A stretch of DNA of 63,986 bases, counting the filler, from Basidiobolus ranarum (Eukaryota): assembly GCA_040143965.1 (NCBI GenBank). It is 7 parts of 7 records of this genome, joined end to end, with 100 filler letters (N's around TTAATTAATTAA, not from the genome) between each part and the next. Parts side by side here need not be neighbours in the genome. Positions count along the whole stretch, not along the records: positions 46,218 to 55,324 come from JASJQH010007746.1; positions 55,425 to 63,986 come from JASJQH010007830.1; 5 more parts are not named here. One strand, written 5' to 3'. Below, one piece after another: positions 51,804 to 63,986 of the stretch. Under the pieces are notes generated by a model that did not search any database, had not been told where the DNA came from, and saw only the letters and a list, made by a program, of their open reading frames with translations. The position numbers and the translations under genes were made by a program. Each line of letters starts with the position of its first letter. Position 1 is the stretch's first letter.

Positions 51804-52586
51804 ATGAGCGAGGATTTCACCCCTTCCGACTCAGGGTATTCGTCCAATTCCACAGGAAAATTTCGCTCAGTTAGTGATGCTAAATCTTCTCACTCTACCT
51901 GGAGTTGCCATACTGCCACCAAAGTTTTATCTGAATTTCAAATAGAGGAAACAAGTGAAAGAACTTCGACGTACAAGCTGAATAGTCTTGATTCTGTTTC
52001 ACCGCCTTCGACTTCAGCCTTTATTCCCGCACTAAAAAGCGGTTCTGACTTTGACGAAAGGTCCAGAGACCTCAAGGAGAACGAACACAAAAGGAAAGAA
52101 GAAACAGGCTTCGTGTGGTATTGCAAAGTACCACCACCACCCAAATGTTTCCCATATCATAATAATTCAGTGTTTTTACCCAATTTCTATGACACCAAAC
52201 CTTCTAATACAAATTTCACAGATAAATACTCTCGTTCTAAAACTCTATCTCGTAAATCCTCCAGAGAATCACCAAAGCGTGGAGGCCCTCGACTTGTAAC
52301 AAAATTGGATAAACTTAACAAAGGATGTACATCACTTGATGGAGGCCGAAATACTTGTCTTAATCAAGAGCTTCACAACACTGAAAAAAAGAGAAATCGG
52401 AATTGTAGCTTATTAAACGCAGCTAATGCTACTACAATGGAAAATTACCCTAGAAAACCGTTTTCCTTTGTACAAAAATTCCGAGATTGGATTGTAACTG
52501 CCGCCCCAATGGCTACTTTAAAACGTATACCCAACAATTCACAACCTGTAGAACAGACCCAGCAACGCAAAAAACGTCGGTTGTAG
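51804..52586 (+). CDS. Hypothetical Ser-rich, basic protein
   Basis: 260-codon ATG ORF in AT-rich DNA; ends in RKKRRL. No domain recognised. Confidence 0.55.
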   Translation: MSEDFTPSDSGYSSNSTGKFRSVSDAKSSHSTWSCHTATKVLSEFQIEETSERTSTYKLNSLDSVSPPSTSAFIPALKSGSDFDERSRDLKENEHKRKEETGFVWYCKVPPPPKCFPYHNNSVFLPNFYDTKPSNTNFTDKYSRSKTLSRKSSRESPKRGGPRLVTKLDKLNKGCTSLDGGRNTCLNQELHNTEKKRNRNCSLLNAANATTMENYPRKPFSFVQKFRDWIVTAAPMATLKRIPNNSQPVEQTQQRKKRRL

Positions 52587-55214
52587 TCTAAGCAAACAGT
52601 TAAACTCATGCTAACAATGAAACATTTAGTGAGACCATAGACAAAGTCAAGTTAATCATTCTTCGTTCATGCTTTTTTTGAGTCTTGTGTAATTGTAGTA
52701 TGTCTGAGTCGTTCATTTCGTACAATGTCCATCACTCAGCTAAAGCTGATTTCTTTGATATCCACATGCGTGCACACTAACACCTTAACATTTCACACTA
52801 ATAGAGGGACTTTCAATCTGATCAATTCTATATTGCATTTTAATAAAGACTCAACGTAGTTGGCTACTTGGTATTTTAGGAATTGTGAGTCCACTATAAG
52901 TTTCATGAATCATTGCCATAAATAAATGGATATAACAAATATTGTCAATTCCAGGTCTTGTATATATGAATTATGGAAATGCATTGAAGCAGCGCCATAT
53001 TGGATGTACTATATAAAAAATAAATTGAAGCATGTAGTATGTTAAGTGGCAATAAAATGTAGTGATGTTTAATACTTGCAAATACTGTGTCATAGCAGGG
53101 ATATACTCTTCTTTAGAATCAGATACAATTACTCAAATAGCAAAATACTGGTTTCAAATCATAGTAAGTCAGCTTTTTGTCATTATATATTTGGGAAGAT
53201 TGATCGTGGTTCAGTAGATCCTTTTGAATTGTTTCTAGCAGCAGAGCAAACTTGAGGAAAGAGTTAAGGAACATTTCTTGCGCTAGGGATTTCCATGGTC
53301 ATCAAGTCTCTATATAAATTCTGCTCTTAGGGGGATAGGATAATGAAAAGCACCATAAGGTCAGGTTTTTAGATTCTGTTTTAGGCATCCCAAATTAATT
53401 ATAATTAAGAAAAGGAAGGAATTCAATTAAGGAGACTAAATAGATGGAGGTAATTTGGGATAATTGGGTATAGTTCTTTTAGACTAATGGAACAAAAGGA
53501 AGTAAAGTTAGGGGCTTGAGGGAAGTAATCCTTCAATGTTTTGCTTTCGCAGTAATCTTGAAATTGAAATTAATGTTGCTAAGAAAACTTCAAATTTGAA
53601 GTGCCATGAAGTTCGCCTTAGGTGAAATCTCCCCCCCCCCCCGGGACGGAAATCTCACCGTGAAGCATATTCACTCAGGTTGATATCTTTCAATCCATAA
53701 TTCAAACAGCCAAAATCAAAATGTACTCCTTTAATGCAATCTACAGTACGGCTCTCTCTGTACTATTAATGACATTGATTACGGCCGAAGTTACAATTAT
53801 GCACCCTATGGCATTCTCATAATGGAGCCGAGGAGAGGTTGCTACCATTGAGTAGTTTATTGATGCTGCAGACCTTGCCAAGACCTTCAACATCGAACTT
53901 CGTGCAGGGCCAAAGTCGAGGCCCTTGCTTACACTATTGCCCAGGATGTGGATACTGACGAGGAGGCCCGTGGCTGGATGCTTCCAATGAATTTAGCAAC
54001 TGGATACATACTGCATTCGTGTGATCACTAATACAGGCAGCGATCGCTACAGCCACTACTTCAAGATTAAATAAGTTTTTCCACATGCTAACATAGCGTC
54101 CCACTTTTTTATACTTGTAATATCTTCTAGATACCGGACTAAATTAGCTTCTGTTTATCCCAGTTATCGAAATAGGATCTTCTAATTTCCCTTAGATACC
54201 GAAATAAATTCGCCTTCGTTTAATCGATGATTTGAAAGGAAGTCAAAGTCAATTACGAAAATACTTAGTTCCTAGCGTAGAATGTGATAATTAATAAAAT
54301 GGAGTTCTACTGAAACTCTACATATTGTATATGGGCCTTTCGAATGAATAGTTGAAGTAGAAGATGGCTCAGAGTGTAAAATAGGAGCGTACACAATCGT
54401 ATAATTGCTCATTCTAATAGCAAAGATGGTATATCAGAACGGGAAGTAACCCTGATATTAACTAGTACATTCACTCTTAAAAATATATATTTGTATCCAT
54501 ACCATTTAGACAAGGCACATATTTATAAATATCAATCCCTTTCCTTGTGATTTCAACGTCCTGCTGGTATTGCTTTTGCGGTTTTTTGGACCAGTAATAT
54601 ACTTCTAAATGCATGCAAGGGTAAGTATTAAAATAACCAAAATGCAGCTTCCTTCTCGTAAAATAAAGCAAAACTGAATTGGTTAGAACTTCTTTTTTAT
54701 ATCAACACCAATAAACATTACTTTTTGACATCTTCTTCATCAATCTCTTGTTATAAGGTATGATACAGCTGAATAAGCAACTTGAGTTTGATTATTCAAG
54801 ACTGACATTAACATGGTCATGTTCTTTAATGACTATCTTAATTTCTAGCCATTGTAATCAAACCTTTCAACTCTGCAATATCTAAGCTCTATTTAAGCGA
54901 GATTTTATTTTAACTTCATGATGATCCACATTTGCAATAAGAAATTTCCTTTTAAGAAATTTCGTCACATTGGACTGAATGCGTTTAGAGATTGATACAA
55001 CGTGGTATATGTGCTTCCTAGTTTCTAATTGTCGCATGGTGAAACTTTATTCCGATTACATTCAAACTTTAAATCCATGTCTGTCAAATAATTGGACAGT
55101 ATTAGCATGCAAGACATCGGGGCTGATCAAATATCCTTTGGGATTAGCCTCTACATACTTGCTCAAATCCGTAGTGAATGCGTGTGCTACTGGTACAGAT
55201 GCATAAGGGAAATC

Positions 55215-55324
55215 TTAGGGTTAGGGTTAGGGTTAGGGTTAGGGTTAGGGTTAGGGTTAGGGTTAGGGTTAGGGTTAGGGTTAGGGTTAGGGTTAGGGTT
55301 AGGGTTAGGGTTAGGGTTAGGGTT
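55215..55324 (+). repeat. Telomeric repeat (TTAGGG)n at contig end
   Basis: 18 perfect TTAGGG units plus TT, running into the linker with the G-rich strand pointing toward the end. Confidence 0.95.
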
Positions 55325-55424
55325 NNNNNNNNNNNNNNNNNNNNNNNNNNNNNNNNNNNNNNNNNNNNTTAATTAATTAANNNNNNNNNNNNNNNNNNNN
55401 NNNNNNNNNNNNNNNNNNNNNNNN
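55325..55424. other. Artificial contig linker
   Basis: N-run + TTAATTAATTAA + N-run. Confidence 0.98.
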
Positions 55425-55433
55425 CTCTTTTAG

Positions 55434-55880
55434 CTGCTTTACGATAGGGGGTTACAGTCTCTTTGTATCTACTTGCTTGGTTAGCGTGTACACATAGAAA
55501 GTTTTGGGATATCCCAACGTTGGCACTGAATAACTATTTCTCTATTGTAGAAAGATGTCTGGGCTGACGTAAATGAAAAGCACTGGTGAGCCAACTACCC
55601 GTTGTGCATGTGCCGTTGTAAAAGTATCAACGTCTGTGAATAGAGGGACGGCTGAGATTCCTGTATATAATCAATTAGGAATGTAGTGACCAAATTCATT
55701 AAGCATATTCATGTCAGAAGTATTGTTTTGAACACGACGATAATCTAATCTCATTGCGTTTCGAAGCTTATAAGGTTGACTCGCACACTATTTGCAGAGA
55801 GTTACCACGCTATCCCTTCACTGCAACTACTTTGGATGACAACGAATACTAAACAGTTCATCCAGTCAGAACGTTTGTGA
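55434..55880 (+). CDS. Probable 3' end of an unidentified gene with very small exons
   Basis: Repeated acceptor-like sites (55433, 55550/55554, 55643/55645, 55774) and donor-like GT sites. Reading frame ambiguous. Confidence 0.3.
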
Positions 55881-56233
55881 AGATCATACTGTGCCAAAGA
55901 AGGAAGCTCTACGAACAATCTTTTAGTAGAGTGACAATGATACATCATCCACACAGATTTTATTTAACCACCAATGCAACAGTCAAAACAAACTAGCCAA
56001 AATCCATAAAGCTGGTTCGATGGAACTTGTTGGCCATACAGTAAGCTAAACTGTCGAGATATGAGCAAATAATTCCCAGCCTCTGAAATAAAAACCTTGA
56101 GGGTAAAGATAATCATCAACAGTTATGGATGGTGTATTTGTTCTGATTGAGACAACGTGGAAAGGAGAAGAATTAAATGTAGGTAGTGTAAGAGTTAATT
56201 TCAATAAAATAGACGCCACCTGCAAAGAACTCT

Positions 56234-57052
56234 TTATAAGCCCAAATTTTTGCGTACCAACTCTTTGACGATGTGGTTGAACTCGTTTCTATCAGCTCTC
56301 CAGATTTTCTGTTGATAAAAACAATAATTAAGATACTGGCTGAAAATGAAGCGACTATAATGAACTTACACAAGCTTCAATATTGGCTCCACTCTCATCG
56401 TTTGGCTCTGATAGAAGTTGAAGTTTAGAGGAAGTAGCAGAAGATGAAAATCAGCTTGTCACTTACCGGCTAGCATACTGACAACGGAAAGTAAGATCTT
56501 TTCAACAGATTGTACTGGACTCCAGCGTTCAGAGCTACTCTCGTACATATTCGGGTCATCTCCAGGTGCATGTAAAATGGAAATACAAACAACTCCATTA
56601 GAATAAACTATAAGGGTAAGCAAAAATTAAATTAGTGTGATTACACAGAAGCGATCAGATAAAGAGATATACAATACCATTAGGATGAAACATGTCACAG
56701 GTAAATTTCATCGTAGGGGGGGACAGTGGATAATCTTTTGGAAACGTCAAGATGGCAGAAAAGATTCCACCTTCATAAGGGGTTTCTTCAGGACCACTAC
56801 AGAAGCGTCAGAGAAGGGTCATCAGACTGGGGTTTATATAGATAACTTACGCAATCAGTGCCTCCCATTCGAAAAAGTTATCTTCAGAAATGGGCCCAGC
56901 TGTAATGCCTTCGGGGGCATTTACAGTAAGTTCTTGAAAATAGTAGAATTTCAAGGATGAGTTAATTATTATGTTAAGGCTACCACCACCACGGATGAAT
57001 ATTACTAACCCCTATATTCTGTCATCAATCGCTTTACAGCGGTAGCTCCCAT
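56234..57052 (-). CDS. UBC7: E2 ubiquitin-conjugating enzyme Ubc7/UBE2G2, 6 exons
   Basis: [109 protein letters not shown]..|[23 protein letters not shown]...LGL*. Absent from the ORF track. Confidence 0.96.
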
Positions 57053-58128
57053 ACGATTGTACATGATTAAATTGGAAAGGTTGCCAGTAAGAAAGTTACA
57101 AAAGAACCAGATATACTTCGAAAGCGTAACTTTGGAAATTATTTCAACTTCATTCTACATCGATTCATGTCTAATTCTAAGCAGGTGAATGATTAAGTTA
57201 GCGGTTGTGCGATTATTTTTACACAAATTTTCATAAATCCATAAGGTTCATTTATAGCAACTATATATCTGATTAGTCAAATTTTGAATAGAGCTCATGT
57301 AAGTTACACAACATCGAAGATGGACTCTGATGACGATCTATCGCGGTACTTGTCGGCGTTAACCATCTTCCAAGTCTTATGTTGTAATAGCTACGTAGTG
57401 CATCCTACCTCCATAATTTATCAGTTAAGGAATTTCTGTCAGCGTTCACAACAGCAGGCCCCATCCATCCACACTATATGTTAGTGATCAAGGCGGAGGG
57501 AAAATCCGTTTAGCCACAGTTTACCGCACTATTTCTGGTATGCCATGGGGAGTAAGTAAGCTTAATTACAAACGCTTCTAGACATGCCGTAACATCACTT
57601 CAGTACGCCTACTACAATTCGTGTGTAGTGATAACAACATTCCCTAAGATAGAAGAAGCCCAGTGTTTTTGCTACAAATCCCAGTAATTGGCTCACTTCT
57701 TGTTCATTTGGAGGAGTCCAGGTAAAGGAGATTAATTAGCAGCCCACCAATGATTGGATTCTAGGCGGAGGGCCATTTGCCGACACCAACACTCACAATA
57801 TTACCAGCAAGTCCAAAAATACATTACGCGCTTGATCTAAACATTCCCAGGCTAATTATATATATGACATTTTATAAGGTAATGCTCTTCATTGTAGTCG
57901 CAGAAACTTCCATCTAACAGTGTCTACTGATTGGCCAATATTCATTATTATTCTGAATAAGCCTTTATTGAATAGCAATTTGGAACGACTTGTCATCATT
58001 TTGGCCAGCACTGTTTATACATTCCACACAAGGCTCACCGTCGAACCCATATATAAAGATTACATTCCAGTTGTTGATCTTTACAATCAAACCCAGACTC
58101 AATCCTTAAGAACAACCATTTCCACCAA

Positions 58129-58956
58129 ATGAGAGCGTCTCTTTGTTTGTTCTCCACTATCCTAAGTGCAGCTAGCATCATCAATGCCGCCATATACCCC
58201 GTTAATCCTACTGGAGAAACAGTTTGGAAGGTTGGGAGCCGTGTGGAAATAGAGTGGAGTGACAACGAGGATACTCCACATCTCAAAGATATGATGCCGT
58301 TTACTGTAGATCTATACACTGGTTTAGATCAATCGCAGCTCAAGCTGGAAAACATTGCTACCAAAGTTTCCGGTGAAACCAGATCCGTCAACTATACCGT
58401 CCCTGATGTTATCCCTTATGGAAAGCTGTACTTCTTACGCTTTACCGTCTCCAATCCTAAAGACCCAAATGCCCCATTATATTATTGGACTACTAGATTC
58501 ACCATTACCAATACTGACAATACCACCCCCTCTCCATCCACTGCAGCAATCGGAGGTTTAGCCTCCTCAACCTCAAAATCAGCTTCGACCAGCTCTGCTA
58601 CAACCACTGAAAGTATGAGCACATCTCTAAGCTCTTCTCCTGACTCACACTCTTCCATCTCCAGTGGTATTGTCAGCTCCTCTACTGACTCTCATTATTC
58701 TAGCTCAATGAGCAGCATCAGTCCCACTTCTGACTCCAGCTCTTCTAACTCGATGGCTAGCCCCAGCTCCTCCACAAATTCTTCCCCTGTGTCTACAAGC
58801 ACATCTACGAGCATATCTACATCATCAGCTGATTCATCCACCTCCTCAACATCCACAGCATCTCAGACTGAACCTACAGATCATATAAATTCGGCATTAA
58901 CATCAGCACCCACTTGGAGCGTCATTCTTGGAGCTCTCTCATTCTTCTTAATGTAA
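58129..58956 (+). CDS. Ser/Thr-rich GPI-anchored cell-surface protein (Kre9/Knh1-like N-terminal domain)
   Basis: Signal peptide, PTGETVWKVGSRVEIEW...YWTTRFTI, long S/T stalk, hydrophobic C-terminus after NSA. Confidence 0.88.
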   Translation: MRASLCLFSTILSAASIINAAIYPVNPTGETVWKVGSRVEIEWSDNEDTPHLKDMMPFTVDLYTGLDQSQLKLENIATKVSGETRSVNYTVPDVIPYGKLYFLRFTVSNPKDPNAPLYYWTTRFTITNTDNTTPSPSTAAIGGLASSTSKSASTSSATTTESMSTSLSSSPDSHSSISSGIVSSSTDSHYSSSMSSISPTSDSSSSNSMASPSSSTNSSPVSTSTSTSISTSSADSSTSSTSTASQTEPTDHINSALTSAPTWSVILGALSFFLM

Positions 58957-60186
58957 TCATCGCATATCCAAAACGCAACTTCCATTTCTTACCGAAGGAT
59001 CTATATTAGAAGATGAAGTTGCAACAGCATCAAATAAGCATCCCCTAATACATAGAAATAAAGATGGCATTCAAAACTTAATCCGTATTTGTGTTTGCGC
59101 CAACATCACTGATGAGGAGACAGCTTTCGAGTGATTGTATTTAATAATCAAATCCAAAGATCAGATACATGATAGCCCCTCAAATTACAGTTAATATTGG
59201 TTTATATTAGATAAGGATTCGTATTGACAAAGTTCAATTTGCTCTGAGTGTAAATCAACTCCATGTGGCTATTTATAGATAAGATAGCCCCTATCTAGGC
59301 GAGTTTAAGATCCTTTGTACTTGGTTAAATAGTAACTAGTTTAGGTATAATGGATTATATGGGGTCGCATATCTAAAGAGTGTTAGGCAGACTGGCGTGA
59401 TTACGAGTATGGCTTACCATTTCAGACAACTTGGACGAAAGTAGCTGATGTTCCAGTTAGATTTCGAGATGTCATAATGAGTACGCTACTACGGCAAGTA
59501 AGGACTGAACATAAAAATTGCCTCTAATATTGACTTCACACCTCTTTGAACACTGGCTCGTAGCGAGTAATGTTGAGAAGATAATGCTGCTTTTTACATC
59601 ATCGATTGCGTAGTATTTGTGGAGTTTGAAATACGTGTGCATGAGTACTCTTTTGGATCTTTCATCGTGTTTAAGGTGTAGGCATCATCTGATCACATTT
59701 AAGCGACCGCTATCAATCTGTGTGATAGTGACGTGAGAGTCCTAATTAATTCTTGCTGTTGTACCTAGAGAGCAAGTGTAACAATCGTTACTTACAGATA
59801 TTCCAAACAGTGAACTGAAGTTGACTCATGAAATCCAAGCGCAAGAAGTTGCTTAGGTTGCTCTTATGCCGATTGGAATACAAGCGTTTTTATGGTGAAA
59901 GTTAACACACTCATCGACTTTGACCAAGTTGGCGTGGATAAATAGGAACGAGATTTTATCACGCGCTTTAGTAATTTTAAGCAGTTAACTCAGCGCGTAT
60001 GCTTACGTCATGTTCAATAGCCCGGGTCTTTGATGAGGTGATGAATACCTCGCAATTTGGGACGCGGCAACTCTAATACATCAGGTCGAGTTGGAGGCAT
60101 AACGCAGAATATTCAACGGATTTATTTAGCAGATTGATATTTAAATAGGTTTATATTACAGATTTAACATAATATAAATCTTGAGA

Positions 60187-60540
60187 TTAGTGTTTGACCT
60201 CTCCGTTGTTCACCTCTGAACCATGAGAGTGTTCGGATTCTCCTCGCGTCTTTGAGTGAGCTACACCTTTGGCGGTACCATGGTTCAATATGAACTCAAC
60301 TACTTCAGCATCATGGGAAAAGCCAAATACCTTTTCGAGATCACTTTTGGTAGGAGCAATGACAACCCCAGTGTTGCCACCTGTATGAGTTGTATAGACG
60401 TTGTACGCTTGAATCACATCAGTTACTGGTACTGACTTGTCGTCTTTCCAGTCAGCGTATATATCGGCGTGAACGTAGACGAAGAACTCTTTGTCGGACT
60501 TTTCCGGATTGGAGTAGACGATCTTTTGGGTGGCGACCAT
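60187..60540 (-). CDS. RTC3: SBDS/Sdo1 N-terminal-like protein (Rtc3 family)
   Basis: EFFVYV...WKDDKSVPVTDVIQAYNVYTTHTGGNTG..PTKSDLEKVFG...VVEFILNHG. Confidence 0.85.
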   Translation of the reverse strand: MVATQKIVYSNPEKSDKEFFVYVHADIYADWKDDKSVPVTDVIQAYNVYTTHTGGNTGVVIAPTKSDLEKVFGFSHDAEVVEFILNHGTAKGVAHSKTRGESEHSHGSEVNNGEVKH

Positions 60541-62555
60541 TGTAGAGATGAGATTCTTGTTAAAGAAATAAATAGAAGTGTAGTAAAGTGGTTTCGTCTT
60601 CCCACTCCCAAGCTTATATATCCTTTTAAACGGCCAACTACTAAGATTGACCAGTCATATTTCGCTTATGACCTCATGACATGCCTAACCATCCATCTCG
60701 CCAGTGGCTGAGAATTGTGTGTGAGATGGGTTGAAATGCGCAGTCGAGATCTTATCCACTAGCGAGCTAGGAGCTGGAGTTATGGAAAGGATCGCTAAAT
60801 CATGAATCTCCATATTTAAACTGATAATCCTGTTTAGGATGGCAATCATTGACACCCATCCGTGAATTCCAAAAGAATTGATGACGTCGCGTGGGGTTTT
60901 CACCACTTGGTGGTGTGGTGTGGTGTTCATTTCCGTGAAGTAAATGGGAAGAATACCAACTTTGGACCACGAAAAGCCGGTCTATTCCTACTTTACAGCT
61001 AGTTATATAGCGTACTACGTGTATGCTGTTCATTGTGTTACCAGTATATGATGGAATGTAAAAGTGCAAGCCATTGAATTCAAATATCCGTAGATTAATT
61101 GATTTCCCAAAATAAGGTTGCCCCTTAAGTTTCATCCGTGTTAGTCAAGCGAGGTGAGTTTGGAATGCAAAAAGGGCACTTGCAGCATTGCTATTCAGAT
61201 ATCGTTGTACTCTGGCTAGTGGAGACTAGGGCCAAAAGAGGAGCAGAGATCGGGTGCTCACGTGACCATCCTAGATCAGTGCATATTGGATCAGACCGGA
61301 TATCTATTTGTGAACAAACAACTGCTCTAATACTGCAACTATGAAAGTTGGAATGTTTAGTGCTTTTCATTCGCAATCTGATCAAGTACGGAGTGGAGGG
61401 ACACGCATTGGTTAAGGTTTACAATGCTAGAACCCATGGTCCACCTGGTAAGAGAGGCCAGGGATGGTCTACTGGTCAGGGTGCTTTTCATTTGCGGATA
61501 GTTATAAGCAAGTGCCAATACAAATGGGCATCATTTGACCCACACCATGTTTGGGCGGGCTAGTCATCCCGTTACAGATATGGATTGAGAAGCAAAAGCC
61601 TTAGAGTGCTGATTTGTGTACTTGTCTCCCTTTTAACAAAAGATTGGTCGTTAATGGGCAGTGTACTGCTCACACTTTCGCGTGATAGACTTGGAGTGAG
61701 TAGAAACTGTCCACTTCTAAAGACATCAAGTGTAATGATGGGAATCTCCCCGCATTAAGGGTCATCGCTGCAGAATTGGATCATATTGGATGGTGAAAAG
61801 CGCTTGAATCCAAAATCAACCAGATTGGCCTAGTCTGGTCTTTGTTAATAATTTCAACTGCAGTTACAATGTTACTCTCATGAATTATCGAACGAGATTC
61901 ATTAATGATCCTATTAAAGACGGACAATATAGTTATACGGTTCACCAAAAGGGGTTGTTTCCAATTTATACTGGTTGACAAAAGCAAGACTGTAGGACAA
62001 AATAATTTGCTGAGAAATATGGCTCTTACTAAGATTCATGTAAATATTCAAAACAATCCAAAAGTCAGTTGCACCATAGTAGGACTAAATAATAGCAGTT
62101 TGACCATATGATTTCAAGTATGAGCCCAATTAAGGGGAGGGGGTAAGTTTCTGAGGAGGTATGTAGGATATATGCAATTTCGTGCGTATTGACAGATGGT
62201 CCTATTTTCGTCAAACTGACAAGGTTTCTATCCTTCCTTGAGTGTTAGTAAACCTGAACAACCTGCTCTATTTCCCTATTCTAACTTCCCTTTTGTCTAA
62301 CTTGTTCCGAGTTTACCTTCTAACTTTCTTCTGTTATATTTTTATAATATAAATCGTTCAGTCTATTTTTCATAAATATCTGACAAAATTAAGTAAGCCT
62401 CCCTCTAAGCTTTCTCCCCTTTTTCACTACCTCGTATATAACTAAAGAACGAGTGAAAAAGTAACCACACAAGAGATACATCGGTTGGTAACTTGTTTGT
62501 TTCTGTCTGAAACTTTATATTGACTTTAGAATTTCAATTGGCTTCACTTGACAGA

Positions 62556-63986
62556 ATGTCAGCTACTGCAAACCGTCGAAGTATATTAATGAATGGACAC
62601 ACATATGACCAACCAAGCCGGAATCTTGCCCGTACAGTTACCCTTGCTGCTGCACAGGGCCTCCCAGTGAGCGCACAGGAAATCGGCTCGGATTCTCGTG
62701 AGAGTCGCAGATACTCGGTGACTGCTCTTTATTCCATGGCTGCTGAGCAGGATGTTGAAGTAGAAGATGACTTATCAAAAGGTAAGCCTAAAGAACACTA
62801 TTTCATAGTGTTGAACTTATCTCACAAACTTCTCGTATAGCTCAAAAACGTTTAAGGCAGTTGAAATCCAGTATTTCTTCTTTGTCTAAAAAGAACTTCA
62901 CGCTGGAGCGTGATGTCAGGTATCTTGATGGTAGAATCGCCCTTCTTATTCAAAATCATATGGCTTTGGAGGATGTTAAAGTATAGCTCTCTTTTACTGA
63001 GAATGCAAGTCGTTTTGATACTTATGAATGCTTATAGGAAGTAACGTCTCATCTAGACGACGATGAGATTACCGACGGAGCTTTCCCTGACGATCGTAAA
63101 ATGCAGGTAATGGCTAGATTTCTTGTTTCTTTATTGCTTATTTCCAATCCATAATGATATGAAATTCCGATTTCCTAGCAATATGGTGGTCTTTTCTTTC
63201 TACTTCAAACGGAGCCTCGTCATGTTGCCACGCTGGTCCGTTTGGTTAGCTTAAGTGAGATCGATACGCTGTTGCAAACTGTGATGTTCACCTTATACGG
63301 GAATCAGTACGAATCTAGAGAAGAGCATCTGTTACTTACGATGTTTCAGGTGAGTTGATTCGTTGATATTTATTTAAGAGCAAGGGATATATTTATCTAG
63401 AATACCAACCTTTCTACCTGTATAGTCTGTCTTGGCCAACCAATTTGATAGTGCTACCGATTTTGGTGGGCTACTGAGAGCTAATACACCGGTGTCAAGA
63501 ATGATGAATACATACACGAGGTAGTTCCTTTAGACTTGATATGTTGGAGTTTCATCCTGACTAAATAGATTATAGACGTGGGCCAGGGCAATCATATCTC
63601 AAGACTGTACTGTCCGACTGTATCAGTAACGTCATTAAGGATAGAGATCGCAACTTGGAGATCAATCCCCTCAAAGTACGATTGCAGTTTCATTCATCCT
63701 AAAATTTTCAACCCACAGAGTCTTATGTTATTCAACAGGTATACGAGCAGATTATTTCCGATCTTGAGGACAAAGGTCTCTCAGTAGATTTACCTCGTGG
63801 GATATCAGCGGAGGAAGCTCAGGCTCATCCCAAGGTTCAAGCAATGCTCAAACCGCGAACCGAGGATCTCATGGAGATTGCCAATATGTTTTTGACCACC
63901 ATTATTGATTCTATTGACTCGGTCCCTTACGGAATCCGTTGGATATGTAAACAGATCAGGTCTTTAACTAAGGTTTGATCTATAAG
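62556..63986 (+). CDS. gap1: Ras GTPase-activating protein (S. pombe Gap1/Sar1 type), runs off the window
   Basis: [98 protein letters not shown]. Confidence 0.93.

Noticed and set aside
55092-55376. ORFs with (LG)n and (RV)n repeats
   Set aside because: These are translations of the telomeric TTAGGG array.
55551-55682. In-frame TGA split by an intron (CAC TG|A) as a possible selenocysteine codon
   Set aside because: Other donor/acceptor choices give open frames with no TGA, the peptide resembles no selenoprotein I recognise, and I see no convincing SECIS downstream.

Overview
Eukaryotic, AT-rich, intron-dense DNA from a fungus. Short GT-AG introns, TTAGGG telomeres, a plant-type PEX22 and a queuosine-salvage gene suggest an early-diverging lineage (Zoopagomycota/Mucoromycota-like); this taxon call is inference. 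The window is not one locus. It is seven contigs of about 9.1 kb, in descending length order, joined by six artificial 100-nt N/TTAATTAATTAA/N linkers, so adjacency across linkers means nothing. Recognisable genes: OPI10/Hikeshi, a large bromodomain-like/atypical kinase, RPL12, RPL23 (3' end), MUS81, NOP6, QNG1, TatD, an HMG-box protein, a damaged CHO2-like gene, two BTB paralogs, a GATA factor, GAD1, a nucleotide-sugar 4,6-dehydratase, PEX22, BRL1/BRR6, a CIA30-domain protein, an amino-acid permease, an alpha/beta hydrolase, UBC7, a GPI-anchored protein, RTC3 and a RasGAP. A ~330-350 bp Ty1/copia LTR family occurs about ten times, and one contig ends in a telomere. The best leads are: (i) a miniature copia element followed by a second LTR-like segment carrying a tRNA-derived Pol III cassette; (ii) repeated antisense nesting of the LTR family into itself, twice at the same ATATA site; (iii) a kinase with a WNK-like displaced lysine fused to a degenerate bromodomain; (iv) a Ser->Ala pseudo-hydrolase; (v) a CHO2 frameshift that a shifted splice donor would rescue. 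All family calls are by motif recognition, with no database searches.
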